64,000 nt of DNA from Perna viridis (taxonomy: Eukaryota), in assembly GCA_037379345.1 (NCBI GenBank), contig CM074511.1:52582862-52646861 (forward strand), given 5' to 3'. Shown piece after piece: positions 36,111 through 49,843 of the stretch. The position numbers and the translations under genes were made by a program. The stretch's first letter is position 1. Every line of letters starts with the position of its first letter. Below the pieces are notes generated by a model. It did no database searches. It was given only the letters and a program-made list of their open reading frames with translations, and was not told the DNA's origin.

Positions 36111-39100
36111 AAACAAACACTCATAATATATATACAAAAAGGTATATTATAATCTAAATATATGATATAATCAAATATACAAAAAGGAACATTATCAGGA
36201 ATAAATATGTGTAAGTGCCGATTTAACAAATGATGTCAAGCGAAAAAAATATTAATATCAATCATGTCATTGTCCCAAGATTTTCTTTCCTTTTTACAGA
36301 TAGATGCCCACACATTTTTATATCTGCGTAATTACTATTACATATTAACAGTGTAATATCCGTTCGGTAAATCAATTCTGAATATAGTCATACCCCAGTG
36401 ATTTTAAAGTTATATCATTAGTAATTTTCTGTTGTCGAATGGTCGAAGGATTTTATCGATATACTTCATTTAATACAAACATAAATAAACCCAAATAAAA
36501 GTTTAAATTCAAGTCATTAATGTGACGTGGTTTAATGACTGATTTAACTTAAAATAAAAGTACTAAACTGTACTATATAGGTTTGAAAATAGAACATCAA
36601 GATGTTTACACTTAAGATGTGTGATGCTTACCTGTTTTTTTTTTATTATTATTTATTATTTTTTTTTATTTTTATTGCATTTCTGATTGATTTAATTGAC
36701 ATTCTATCGAAAGATACTTCAAACTTGTTGGATAAGAGTTTAAAGTACTACCTTTATTATGGTTTGGAATGTCTGTTTTTATCAGTATTCTGTTCAATCA
36801 GATAAATTTCTAGAAGTGTTTTATACGTTACCGACACGAATAATAAGAGACTACTGAAGCACTACGGATAAATTATTCTTATATTGTTCTTCTTGTACGG
36901 GTTTTGTTTTGTTTCATATTTTTAAAATATTTTTTTATTGATATTTTAATCATATTTTGTTGCAATGAATTTAATTTGTCTTGTGAAGATTCCGGGTTTT
37001 TTTTGCTATCATTCTAACTAGGTTAGTTGTATATAGCGAAGGCCCTTAAGACTTTACCCAAAACGACGTTTCGTTATCTGCAAATGTTCATGATAGAGTA
37101 TTCATATTCCTCACGCCATATGTTACAATATTCCCCCGGAAAGAACGTAGGGTTTTCTACACTTTTGTATTCCACAAGCGTTCATGTACTTTTCTTCACT
37201 TTGTTTGATATACACGCAGCGTACATTTAAAGACATAATACATTAAAACATGATTGTCTTTACAAAGTCTAAAAATGATTGGTTTGGACTCGATCAATAG
37301 CTTGTTTCTTGAAAACCATTTGGCTTAAAATTTATAACAATTATGCGTAGTTTCTCTGCTTACAACGCTCTTTAGATACGGTATGTCATTGTTCAGATGT
37401 ACATTAACTTACTGAATTCTGTGACATGGTTTGTTTTCCAACGTAAAGGATGATTTAGATACTAGTACATGTATTAATGCAATTACTGCTGTTAGGAGCT
37501 TATTTATCCATAATTTACGTATGATGTTTACTCTGAGTGTACGTCTTATGAACACAGTAGGTTTAGCTTGTTATGATAACCTTTAAATATCTTTAAAATT
37601 TGCGTCAGTATTCCATATTTAGCGTAATTATTAAGAGTTAATCACCATGGCGGTAGTAATAGTGGCAAAGTTACTTAGTCATAAAATCAACTTTTAATCT
37701 TCGACTTGATTTCTTTAACTTCTGAGTGCTTTAATTACGTCAATACACCAAAGACAAAATATGCAAAAGTTTCCCTGGAGTTTGTATTTTCTGTCTGAGA
37801 ACCGTTGTACTTTTCTTAGTAGTAGTATTGTTAATGTTGTATGATTTGTTTAATTCTATCTAATGCCTATTGTTCATTGAGGTGCTCAAGAGCAAATGGT
37901 CCATTTTGTTGAATAAATGATATTCTATCATATTAAATTTAACCACCAGACGGTGATTAGATATATACGCAACTTTTCCCGCCATTCTGTATTTTCCAAG
38001 TTTTCTACAGATTTCGTGTGAGACACCTGGTATTCTCCTTCAGCCTATTCTCGATTAAGATTATTTGTCCACTCTCTATGGTAAAATTTGGATGTTAACT
38101 TGCTTGTTCAAAGCTCGCATTTTGAAAATCATGATTTCACCATCTCGAATAGATAAATAATTTAAACCACACATTACTGAAGATAAATCTTTTTTAACAC
38201 AATTTATTGTATGCACAAGAGAGTTCCGATGTTATAATTGTATTACATAAAAAAAAACACCAGAAATTCGTCTTTTATCATGTTTTGTATAACAAAAGTT
38301 TTTAAATCATCGACAGGATATATGTGAACTTGAATGTTGGTGGGACTTCGTATTTTTCAGGAAGTTGATATCACTGTTAAAATATAGTAATGACAGATAT
38401 AGGAGATATTTATAAATTGATTCAGATTAATTTGCAAATAGTAATATTTCAATAATGCCGATAATTCATCTTGCTTTCAAATTTCTTTGCTGTGATGTAG
38501 AATAATTTATTGGTGTGTAAATTTGGATTTTCAATTCATGTTAATCATCCCAATTCACTTTTATTGTCGTTTCAAAACAAGTAATTACATCATGAAAGCA
38601 AAATGGAAAATTTCGAATGTTTGAAGATACAAGTCTCCTCATTTCTCGTAATAGCTGCTTTCTTTTTATTTACTAGTATATTCTTTGTTTTTTTTTTTTG
38701 TTTGTTTTCCTGATTATGTTTGTCGTTGTTGTCGTTATAGTTTGATATTGTTTTGGCGTTTTCTCTTCGTAAAAACTGCATTCCAATTAAACTAAAAATC
38801 TTCCGACCCGGGGACTTTGGGTGTATACCGGGTAAATAACTTGAGCTAATCACGGTGCAAAAGTCCACGAAACTCTGGTTTTCTCTTTTTCTTGATTTCT
38901 AAGATATTAAGGTTGACGTAAAGTTTTAGTCATGATTTTTTCGGGTTTTCTTGTTTCAGATTTAAATATGGAACAAACATAGTAGAGTCGATGACGTCTT
39001 GTATAAGTAGTAAGCGAGCACCGAATCGAGGTTGTGCAGCACTTGGGTTTCTCCAATATAAATCATAGATTATTCTCGTCATTGGACCAAAAAAAAAAAC

Positions 39101-42100
39101 CAACAACATATTTTCGATTTAGACTTTAAGTTGTCGATCCCTACACCATAAAATTAGTTTGTATCGTGCTATACTGGTCACTTTTCAGTCTCCCGCCCTT
39201 ATATTGAATATTTCGGACTTTTAATACGATAAACAATATCCCTGTTGGTTGATTTCTTACTTTACTGAGTTTTAGTTCTTCTCCAGAGTAAATTTATTTC
39301 AGTAGTTTACAATGGCACTGACCGAGTGTCAGTTACAAATGCACTTTCTGTAGGAAATGCTGCTACATTAAAAGCATGATTACTGTATGAGAAATGCCAA
39401 TAATATTTTATAAATAGACGAAGATAAATATGTCAATAGCTATATTTCCATGGTTTATTTCAATTTAGTCGGTCATTCATCAAGCCTTGGAATTTCTTTG
39501 CCATGATAAGTGCAGTAATTTACCAAAGAAATGTATTGAATTTTGTTCAGCGGTTCAATTCACGTTAATTTGTCCAATTCATTGTTGTGTCTTGTTTGTA
39601 AGAATGTTGCTCGGTTTTCTCCCATACATTTACTTGGTAATTCTTTTAAATGTATTATTGCTTTTGCTATCCGTTTAACTGTCCTGTTTGATAGGATGTG
39701 GTTTGTTTTTCTCCATACGTACGGTGTACTTTGGTTTCCCAATACGTTCAGCCTATGTTTGTTAGTTCATTTTTTTTGTATTTTTTTGTTTTTTTGGTGT
39801 TTTTGTTTTTATTTTTTTTTCTCTATTGTTTCAGTAGATGTTTTGACAATATGATCCCGCTACACCCCGTCCAAATCCACTTTAGTAGGTAATCACTGGA
39901 AGCCATCTTTATAGACTACGCTTACCATGTCTGAAAACATGTACAAGTGTATATAAGTAAAGAACAATTTTCTTCTTCTTATTCTATGCCATGTTAGAAA
40001 ATCATTATTTTCTTCCATGTTTTTCCCGTATCTAATCGATTATATATTGTAAATTGCACACCTACTACATGTTTTATAACCTTCAGACACTTTTTGCAGA
40101 ATTGGATCGGTGTAGTGAATGAATGTTTCGGCTAAACATAGGTCCATCAATACCATCAGTGGTTCTTGGTTTTATAAATCTCAGTGTGAATCAATCAGCC
40201 TAAATTCTCTTAACGTTTAAGAATGTTAAACATGTCATATCTGTTAAATCAAACATTTTATTTAGTTACGTGTAATATATGCAGCATTTATATACATGTT
40301 TACCAAAAGTACCACACTGTTATCTGTACAGAAATAATTTCTTTAGAAAAGTATACATAGAGATTCACAAAAAAAACTATTTATTTTTTCGTTTTATATT
40401 GAAAATCGCTTATGCTGGTACATCTGAAATGTAGAGTGAATTAGCTTAAGATGTTTGCACTCATTTTTCCTCATTGAATGTGTCTTATTAAACGCGATAT
40501 CGTCCATCAGTACATTGAAATCCAGAGAGCAATATACGATGGGTTAATTTCGGTAATCTTATGTAAAACAGAGTGGTCAGATGTTTAGAATGTCTGTTTC
40601 ATCAATGATTTATCAAAAGAGGTCGATGATGACGAAGCACACAACAATCAGATGATTACATTATGATGTATGCATGGTAAATACTGTAGCATTTCTTGTA
40701 AGGGAACTGTTACCAGATAAGATAATAGAATTCACGAACCAAGACGTCAAAGTGATTTTAAAAAAATCGCCATTGTATTTAATGTAGATTCATGTGCTGT
40801 AAACTTCGTCAGTATGTTTTATTACCAAGTAAAATTTAAGAAAACCAAAAATAAAAAGTTGGAATTCACCTGAAATTCAATTACACTGGAATGTCCCACT
40901 TGGTTCTATGGGACCTATACTACTCCGTAACGTGTTTCGCGAAGGATAAGCTGCTCTACAGACTTGATGGCAGGTTTCTTTTTGAAGTTATGTAATATAC
41001 TGAACAACTTTAGTTGTGGTTTTCGGTTATTTAAGCCATTATCAATATAAATATAAGGTTGATGTAGAAAAGCCTGTAATTTCCCCCAGATTTCGACGAG
41101 TATTGTGAAGTGTATTTTCGTTTCATGGTTTTAGTTCAGTTTATACAGTTTGTACGTGATATTGTATTCACTTTACATTACGTTCTTATCTCATCTGGAA
41201 TTCTTGTTTAAAATAAGCGCCGAGCATAAGCCATTACTCGCTTAGGACGAGAGTGTGGTTATTTAAAATTGTACAAGACTTAATTTTCTCACCGACTGAT
41301 AGAATATAGTCTCGCGTCTACAACAAAGGTGAATTTTATCAATTGAATTATTTGTTTTATTTGCTTCATAAGTATATATATCCCTCGTTTCTCATTCTAA
41401 ATCTAATATTATTTTTCAGCCAACATACAATTTTTGATATTTTTTACTCGAACGCTCAGATGTGCGAGTGCTGTGTGTCACTTCTAAGTACACCGTGTAT
41501 GAAGGGAGTTTTATTGACTTCTGAAGTAGATCATGGTACACTGTTGGATGCTTTTATCCTACAAAATATTTCAATCTAAACCTTTCTGATTGGTGATAAT
41601 AAATTAACTAGATAAAAGCGCGGATATTGAGCGATCTATCTAAGATATCGAAGTTTGTTTTTGCTATTCACCCCGATAAGTTATATCATCTCCAGTGGTA
41701 CCAATTAAAACTTCAGCATCAGTTCACAGATCTGGATCGTAACAGTCAGGTAGAGTTCTTTATTTGTTTTTATAACACTGACTCCCATTTCACAAACGTA
41801 CTCAAAGTATGACTAGAGGACTACATGTAAGATACTTGCAGTAACAACAATGTTGAAACAAGTGTCCAGTAAGATGTCTAGCTAGTACTGTTGTCGTTTG
41901 TGGTCCATATTCCATTGAGCATTTAAGGTAATTATAGAAAATTTTCATTATTAATCATTTCGATTTGTACAAATCTAAATATACCAATAGATTGATCTCG
42001 CTTGTTCTTTATATTTGGTCATTTGTTTTGTTCAGTCTAAGAGTCTAAGGGAACACTGTATGTTACTTCTATTTGTTGTATGTGTATGTATGTAGTTATA

Positions 42101-44409
42101 TAGTTACACAATACAAGGATCTACTAAGGAAACGGAGAACCATCTTCGTTTTATTTATTAAATTGAAACTCGGTAAGTGATTTTATCGACTTTTGTCCAC
42201 CTCCAAAATTACTTCTAAATCGTTGAATTTTCGCGACTGCATGACAGAAATATTTATACTGAGATAACATTTGGCTACCAAAAACTTATATATTTAACCA
42301 AGACCAAGGCGTTATCCGAAATTTCAAAGTCAATGTACAAAACGAAACGACTAAAAAACAAAACGGATAAAACACAAAATAAAAGAGCAACCATATAGTG
42401 TGGACCGGGTTTGTCGTTAGGGTACGTCACACTTCTAATATCCTTGATGGCACTCTCTAAGAGCTTAATAATTGTTAAGGTATTGACACGGATTGCATTT
42501 TTTGATTAAAAACCAAATTTCTAAAACAAATTTTACACAAAATTTGGTGTTGCCATTTTATAATTTTTACGTACATATATACACATTGAAAAGAACAAGT
42601 GAATAGTCAGATGGCTTCGATATATGATTCGTGTTTCACATTTTAACTGCAAAATACTTAAAATAATTATTTCATTAATCAGTGGTTTCTTTTAAATTCA
42701 TATCATACGTGGGTATTCGTGTTAGAACTAATGAGGTTTTCAAAACGTTGTACTTGCTCTCGAGTCATAAAAAAACTTTATTTGTTTACCGTGTTTGCAT
42801 ATAAAATATTACATAAGAGATGCCCTAACGTTGTATAGTTCTCTAAAATGATTATCATGTTGGGTTCTTCTATCGCGAGTTCTTTTTCACGTATGCCCTG
42901 CCAAAATTTTTAGGTCTGTTTATTATCCACTGAAATTAAGAGGTGATGAAACTGGAATTATACCTGTTAATTGGTTTTCTATAGACATTAAAGACTTTAA
43001 TAATAAGTTAATTGATACAGATGCTGCCATCTGGACACGTATAAATCTTTAAAACTGCGTTTGTATTTATGTTAACGTCTTCTAACTGATAACGGACAAA
43101 AGGAATCTGTTTTTCTTTGTTTTTTTTTTGTTTTTTTTTCTTTTCCTTTTTTTGTGGTGAATGATCTCCGACTCCTCATCTCATTCATTGTAATCATATT
43201 AATATCGTCTCTAATAGTGAGAAAGTATAAAAATGATTATTGAGCAATAAAAAGGGTAACATATGCATTGTCTTTGAGACAACCAAAGGGTGTTTGCATT
43301 AAAGCTTGGAGCAAGACATGTATTTTTTTTTTATTATTTGAAACCAACGACTTCGTCTGATCAAGGACATTTGAAGAATAAGAAATAATGAAGTACGTTG
43401 AGGGAAACGTCTACTATACGAGACATTTCTACCAATCTAACTAAACTAGCAAAATAGATTGCATGGTTCAGCTTTAACATGGAGTAAGAAAATTGAGTAT
43501 GTCAACTGTAATCAAGGTACTGAAGTACTGAGTCAATGAAGCCTTCATAGTTTGCTCTATTTCTTACTGCACAATCACATTTCTAATCATAAAAAGGATT
43601 GTAATATTTTGAACTAGGGAAATTAATATTTTTACCATTCTTCCTTCAATTGTTATTTCAAAGACCGTTTATTAGCTGAGCAGCCATGACTTCTTGAGTT
43701 GACAAGACGAATGGGGGGAAATGACCCACAACCTTTTCTTAATTTCCACACACACACAGATTTGACGATACGCATTTAAAAATATACGTTAATTCACTCT
43801 TCCATGCATTTTTTGCTTTTTTTTATATAACTTCACTGCATAGCTTTTGCTTCTACTTATCATAGAATTGAAGCAAATATTTATACAGCTCCAAATTCTC
43901 CCTTAGTCATACATGGACAAAGACTCTTTAGTTAAACCACTGTTGAATCCTGTACAACAATTGAAACTAGGTTTTTGTACCGTTTACAAATAACACACTG
44001 TAAACAAGTCTTATCTTTAAAAAAAGATAGCCAACACAGTAAAATTTGTTCTTTTTACTTATAAATTTCTACATTTCATTCTGGAAATAACTGCGTCGGG
44101 AAAAGAATACATGTTACAAGTATTTGTTGGTACATATGTGTATGTATAGCATGCAATTCCTATACTTTAACTGTTGTTGCATAATTATAAAATGTTCAAA
44201 CATTCTTAAGTTTGCAAGATGAATATAACCATACATTACACAGCAAAAAAAAAGGGTAAATTATCAGGACTATGAGCTCATGATAGATTTATACTTATTT
44301 ATCATAAACTAACAGAGTACAAAGAACATTTAACAAATTTAGTACATCAGTAATATAAAAAAAAATAAACAGGATTAATACAGAAGATTTGACATGATGC
44401 TGGTCTGTT

Positions 44410-44695
44410 AAGATGCATGCGGGGTGACGCGAAAGTACCGTACTAACGGGTTGATTGGCAGAAAAAAAGGATTCATTTCCCCTTCAATATTAAAATATAT
44501 AAAACTTTGTCTCTCAAATACTATTTTCAGCTATTTTAAGTCTACATCAAAAAATTGTCAGGCAAATTAAAGAATATATTTAGATTTTGTCGTGATGCTG
44601 AACGGGAGAAATCCAAGATGGCAGGATGACGCGAGGGTACTAACGGGGGCTACAGATACAGAAAAAAATATTCATTCTTTCCCTCAAGATAATCA
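44410..44695. repeat. Diverged tandem duplication (period about 205 bp)
   Basis: AAGATG..TGACGCGA..GTACTAACGGG..CAGAAAAAAA..ATTCATT..CCC at ~44410 and ~44615. Confidence 0.65.
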
Positions 44696-45492
44696 AAACT
44701 TGTTCGCAAAAAGTATCTGTAGTGAAAGAATTGTGTCTACATTAGGGAGTGCTTCCGCGCAGTAACCCACCTTATTTAATCAAACTATTCCCGTTAAAGT
44801 TAATCAAATAAAAAATAAGTTCCGGACCTCAATTGTGTACATGCTATGAATGAGATAAATTCTGCTTTACTTTCGTCAAGGCGGGTAGTGATACTGATGA
44901 CGCATTGATACATGTTTTAGATCCAAGGACTACCGTATGATAAAGACTAGAGATAACACTAATGTACTTGCAAAAAGCAAAAAAAAATCCTGACTAAGGA
45001 TAACAGGTAAAATGGAGATGGCATTAAACTAGTCTCTGTGATCTCAAACTTTTCAGGTGGTATTACTTAAACATATAAAACGACTCGGATTTAAGTCGGT
45101 ACTTTAAATTGTCGTTTTAATTCGTTGACCTTTGACTAAACCTTATACGTTCTTACGTACTGTTACGAATTCTTAGATATAATAAACGTAAAATAACTCA
45201 AATATCCGAAAGTCGAATTAAATAATTTCCAACGTTAAAACAAAATCGTGTAATATTACGAACAGATCAAAAGGCGACATATAACGCCCAATGTATTTGT
45301 CTAATTATTTGAATTATGAACTAATGTCTCAGACAACCATTTGATTTGGTTTTTCAGGTTGACTTGCGTGAAGAAAGTTTCCAATTAAAAGGGTTATGAT
45401 TTTTACTCAAAAATGCAGGCGAAGAAATAATTGGAAATCTTATTGAATTTAGTCGGATGGAAAACTGTTGCTCGAAATGAATATAGATAAAC

Positions 45493-46968
45493 ATGTTTGT
45501 GCCTCAAGCACGGATAAAACTGGGACATTCCAGACCAGTATGGTGCAGTGGACCGTCGAAGAAACAAAGCATTCCACACAGGAAATTGAAATGGTACGAA
45601 TTTACACGAATGCCTTATTTAATTCCAAATATTGTTGGATCTATTTTAGGTTTCATCATACTCTGTAGCGGAGCAGTATTGTGTTATATTGGATACAATC
45701 CAGGAATAGTTCTAAACAGAACGGTCTCTGATTTCTCCGTAAATTCGTCACACATCAATCTGACAACATATCCGTCAGTTATAGAGTCTAGTGGTCATTA
45801 TTCTCCATTGAAATCGCTTGCATATGTCGGTCCAGTTCTTATGGGATTTGGTTTCTTTGTTTTAATGGTTGCTGTTGTCTTATATTGTGAAATTAAAGAT
45901 AAATTCGTCCAGAAGATCATTCCTAAAAGAGATATTACAACTGCTAGAAAGAGTGATATTTACGACATGGTTATCGAAGAGTTCAGAAAGAACTACTTCC
46001 GTGGAATAGAAGTGCCTATAAAATCAAAAGGAAAAGAGGATGTGAAGGCTGCATTGCCTACTTTGTATAAAGCATTGAGTGTTAGTACACCAGCAATTCT
46101 TATTACGCCGGAAGTTCAGAGAAAATGGTTAAAAGAAACCAAAGTGACCCCCAAACATAAACGCAGGAGATTTTTAAGTGACCACGAAACATGGTTGAAA
46201 ACGTCTTCGATGCCTAATATCCGTCCTAAATCACAACTTAGCCGAATACAACGAAGACTTTCAAGATACTCTAAACTATTCATCGATAAAAAAGACCTTC
46301 AAGAAAATCAAAATTCAAACAACGATAAGAATGATACGTATGATAGACACAATTCTATTTCCGAACGCCGCAATTCTGAAAGACAAAATGGGGTTTCAGG
46401 GACAAATAATTCGGAGTCCTGTTTCTCAAATCCGGCATATCGCGGTTCTCCGACTGAAACAATACAGCTGTCTGATATAACAACAGAGCTTATTCATGAA
46501 AGCTACGAAAAGACGCGTCCAGCCGACGTTGTTGTACACATGGATCCGAATGAATCGGACAGTCGTGGCATAACTGAACAGAGATTTGATAATACTTTGG
46601 ACGAACAGGCTTACACTAATTGTTCCAAAAGGAGAAACAGCGACGTATGTGGGAAATCTCACATGTGCAATACCATTCCAGGATTCGAAAGTCCTCATAT
46701 TGTTATTACGGATTGCATGGACACAGATGTTGAAACAACGCCTTTGCAGTCACCCAGCAGATGTAAAGTTCGCCATAATAGTATTGGCCATGCTGACATA
46801 AGTAGGCCTAAATTAGGTCCTTACAGAACGTGCATTGGTGTTTTTCGAAGCGAGTCATGCTTGCACAGAATACGAAACATTGTAAACAAGACGGAACACG
46901 GTGATGGTGACAACTCATCTTTAGATTCTCTTACTCTTAATGAAGAAACTATGAAGTATTTTGAATAA
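45493..46968 (+). CDS. TMEM200-like (DUF2371) two-pass membrane protein, 491 aa, single coding exon
   Basis: TM1 IVGSILGFIILCSGAVLCYIGY-NP, loop with three NxS/T sequons (NRT, NSS, NLT), TM2 LKSLAYVGPVLMGFGFFVLMVAVVLYCEIKD matching the TMEM200 GYWP..LK..GP..MGxG..E.RD pattern; long polar tail. In-frame TAG 9 nt upstream of the ATG; acceptor ttttcag at 45357. Confidence 0.8.
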   Translation: MFVPQARIKLGHSRPVWCSGPSKKQSIPHRKLKWYEFTRMPYLIPNIVGSILGFIILCSGAVLCYIGYNPGIVLNRTVSDFSVNSSHINLTTYPSVIESSGHYSPLKSLAYVGPVLMGFGFFVLMVAVVLYCEIKDKFVQKIIPKRDITTARKSDIYDMVIEEFRKNYFRGIEVPIKSKGKEDVKAALPTLYKALSVSTPAILITPEVQRKWLKETKVTPKHKRRRFLSDHETWLKTSSMPNIRPKSQLSRIQRRLSRYSKLFIDKKDLQENQNSNNDKNDTYDRHNSISERRNSERQNGVSGTNNSESCFSNPAYRGSPTETIQLSDITTELIHESYEKTRPADVVVHMDPNESDSRGITEQRFDNTLDEQAYTNCSKRRNSDVCGKSHMCNTIPGFESPHIVITDCMDTDVETTPLQSPSRCKVRHNSIGHADISRPKLGPYRTCIGVFRSESCLHRIRNIVNKTEHGDGDNSSLDSLTLNEETMKYFE

Positions 46969-47161
46969 GGCTTAATTGTAATAGGTAACAAATATACAAA
47001 TCACAATATATTTGATTTCAAAATTTAACTTAACACTACAAAACTTCATTTTCTATCAGTATCTTTATTTTTATTTATAAATTTCATCAAAGCATGTCAT
47101 AATTTATACCGATCTTGGATCCATCATACTTCTTATTATGATATTCATGTTTAAAGTTTGG

Positions 47162-47167
47162 AATAAA
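47162..47167 (+). promoter_or_regulatory. Candidate polyadenylation signal of the TMEM200-like gene
   Basis: AATAAA about 195 nt after the stop codon. Confidence 0.45.
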
Positions 47168-47214
47168 CTTTTATTAACTAATGCGTTTAAATGCAATAGA
47201 AATTGACGGGTTTT

Positions 47215-47419
47215 TAGAGAACCATCTTTCAGATGTTGCCTTTTGCGAAGAAATACTGGTCTTTATACAGAATTTACTGGTTTTAATATGGATTTTAGTT
47301 GGTCGTTAAACAGAATTTCAACTTCCGGTAGACCAACTTAAATCCATATTAAGACCAGCAAATTCTGTATAAAGACTGTATTTTTTTTCCCGCAATAACA
47401 ACTGAGAGATGATTCTCTA
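47215..47419. mobile_element. Foldback MITE (~205 bp, mostly palindromic)
   Basis: TAGAGAACCATCT..GTCTTTATACAGAATTTACTGGTTTTAATATGGATTTTAGTTGGTC mirrored by GACCAACTTAAATCCATATTAAGACCAGCAAATTCTGTATAAAGAC..AGATGATTCTCTA. Confidence 0.85.
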
Positions 47420-48499
47420 TACAGTATTAAACACATTATTTAATAAAGGTGTCATTAAATAACATTATATTACCATACAAATTTTCTCTGCAAGCAGAAA
47501 CTCTCAAAAGAGCAGTGGTTGGCTAAGATTGTAATAAATCATATTTAATCTACAGAACTTTTGTACCTCTAATATTTTGTACACCTCCACTGGATGTGTT
47601 CATATCTGTCACATGTAGGGTGAATAAGAACCGTACAACCGAATATTTTCAATAATATCCATTATACAGGTGATTTCCATTCTCTTTAGATAATGTATCG
47701 GGTTCAAATAGTATATTAAGTACCAAAGTATATACATGTACTTTCTTGTTGATTGCTTTCTGTCAGTCACTGTAAGTTGAGTAGAAATGTGTAAAGAGTA
47801 TACGCTTTGTAATAATACCTTATTGTATGGATTATTCTAGGTTTATTGCGAAATGTATCTTATTGACGGAAACTTGTTTGATTAAATCAGAAATGTGTTC
47901 CTTTCAAGAAAATTTGACATATTTATTGCCTGGTCAGTGGCGATGATGGATTATTTCACGGTAGGATACAGCAATACATCATTTGTTAGCTTATGAAACC
48001 GAACAATATAGGTTATTTTAGTCAGTCGAACTTTCCACAAGCAGAACCAACACCATTTAGTATAACTGTATTAAGTTAAAAGCGTTACCACAAAGGTGTA
48101 GGCGTTGTACTTATAAATAAAAATTAGAAGTATACTATAAATAATTGAACATTTCTAAAACTACCAAAATAATTTAAGTACAGAACTGTGTTAAAATCGG
48201 GTAGATCTTGAAGTGATGGTGACGAACCAATGTAGTTCATGTTAGTTTTTATTGAAGCAATACATATACATATCATATTAGTGAAGGTATATTCCAAGGT
48301 TTGAAAATTGGCTGAGATGCACTATTAAACCAACGCAATTTTTTAAGTAGCGACTTCTTGCACTCGTAATATCAGTACTTAATATTCGCATGATTTGCGT
48401 AAATATGAAGTTACACGCCACGTCATGCTGCAGATCCTCGCCGTGTTTACCGCCAAAACGTCATAGTTCTAGCTTTATACGAGATGAAAATGTACCTCT

Positions 48500-48954
48500 T
48501 AAAAGTATCATACACGTGTGTGTTCTACATGTTTCTTGTTTGTACGAGAACGGGAAGTTTACCTGAAATGATCGGTTAGCTTTGAACGATACCCAATTTC
48601 CGATTCAGGCACTGAGGCTCGTTACAAGACTATATAGGTCATATACATTAGTACGCCCCAATATTTATGAACATTCATTGCCAGATGCTTAATCTGGTTC
48701 CTAAACTGGTTCCCTGATCAATATCATAAGTGACCCAAAGATCCCTACAACGCACCTTTTTTAAAACATCATACACATGTCTATGCGTGTTTTTTTTATT
48801 TTTTTTTAATTATTATTATTTTTTTTTGCATGGATTAGAACGGGAAATTTACACTAAAAAATAAAACGATCGATTAACATTGAATTTATGTAATATTACC
48901 CAGTTTCCGATTTAAACACAGGCGTTCGTTAAAATTTAATATATAAAGGTCATA
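48500..48954. repeat. Diverged tandem duplication (period about 265-310 bp)
   Basis: ATCATACAC..AGAACGGGAA(G/A)TTTAC..GATCG..TACCCA(A/G)TTTCCGATT..TCGTTA..AGGTCATA occurs twice. Confidence 0.65.
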
Positions 48955-49264
48955 CACTCCTCACGTTTCCCATTTTAGCGTTCGTGCATCGTTTATTGTT
49001 TACATATCGTTTTGCGTTCGTTCAAACGCACGATAGAAGCGTTCGTTTAATTTTGTACTTTGATTATTTCCTCGATTCAACTGTTATTTTTATATTATTT
49101 GCTATTATTAATTTATATATTTTCATTAATTGAATTTTCTATTCATCGTTATGTGTTAATATCATTATTTTTCATCTGTGAGCTGTGAGCGTTCGTCTAT
49201 CGTGCGTTTGGTTAGCGTTTAGCGTGCGTTTGGGAATCGTGAAACCTAAACGTCTCAAGGAGTG
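48955..49264. mobile_element. MITE with CACTCCT termini and TA flanks
   Basis: TA|CACTCCT..ACGTTT and AAACGT..AGGAGTG|TA; interior rich in GCGTTCGT motifs. Confidence 0.7.
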
Positions 49265-49730
49265 TATATATTATCAGGATACCGATACCTATATATAGTT
49301 TAATCTTATTCCGGATGATAGGAAATATTCGGGTCATAACGATTTCGAAAAAGTACGCAATAATATGAAGGGAACCAAGATTTTAGCGGAAGTCACCCGA
49401 TTTTAGAGTATATCGCATTTGTACCATTTCGGATGTTGAAAGTAAGCCAAAATCAGTGACAGTGAATATTTGACGATGAGCGACTTCAAAGACTTCAATC
49501 TTAGATTAATTAAAAACTGGTTTATTTTGTATCGTTCTTCACTTATTCATCATACTACCTGAACATTATTGTTGTACCAATAATGTTTTGTATGTGTGTT
49601 ACATACATTTTAGCACCAAAAAAAGCAACAAAAAGAAAAACAAACAAAACAAAAGTATTTAAGTCGTATCAACACCTGCCTGGCTCTTGCATGACCATGT
49701 ACTTTGATTAGTCTACTAGGTTCTTACACG

Positions 49731-49843
49731 AGATCTGGAATTTCTTCCACGTGTGTGAATTTCCGTGTTTTGATGAGTGGAGCGTTGCGGAACGAATGAA
49801 AAGACCAAGAAATTCTCACACGGGTGGAAGAAATCCCAGATCT
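49731..49843. repeat. Palindromic element (~30-bp arms), probable non-autonomous transposon centre
   Basis: AGATCTGGAATTTCTTCCACGTGTGTGAATTTC / GAAATTCTCACACGGGTGGAAGAAATCCCAGATCT. Confidence 0.75.
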
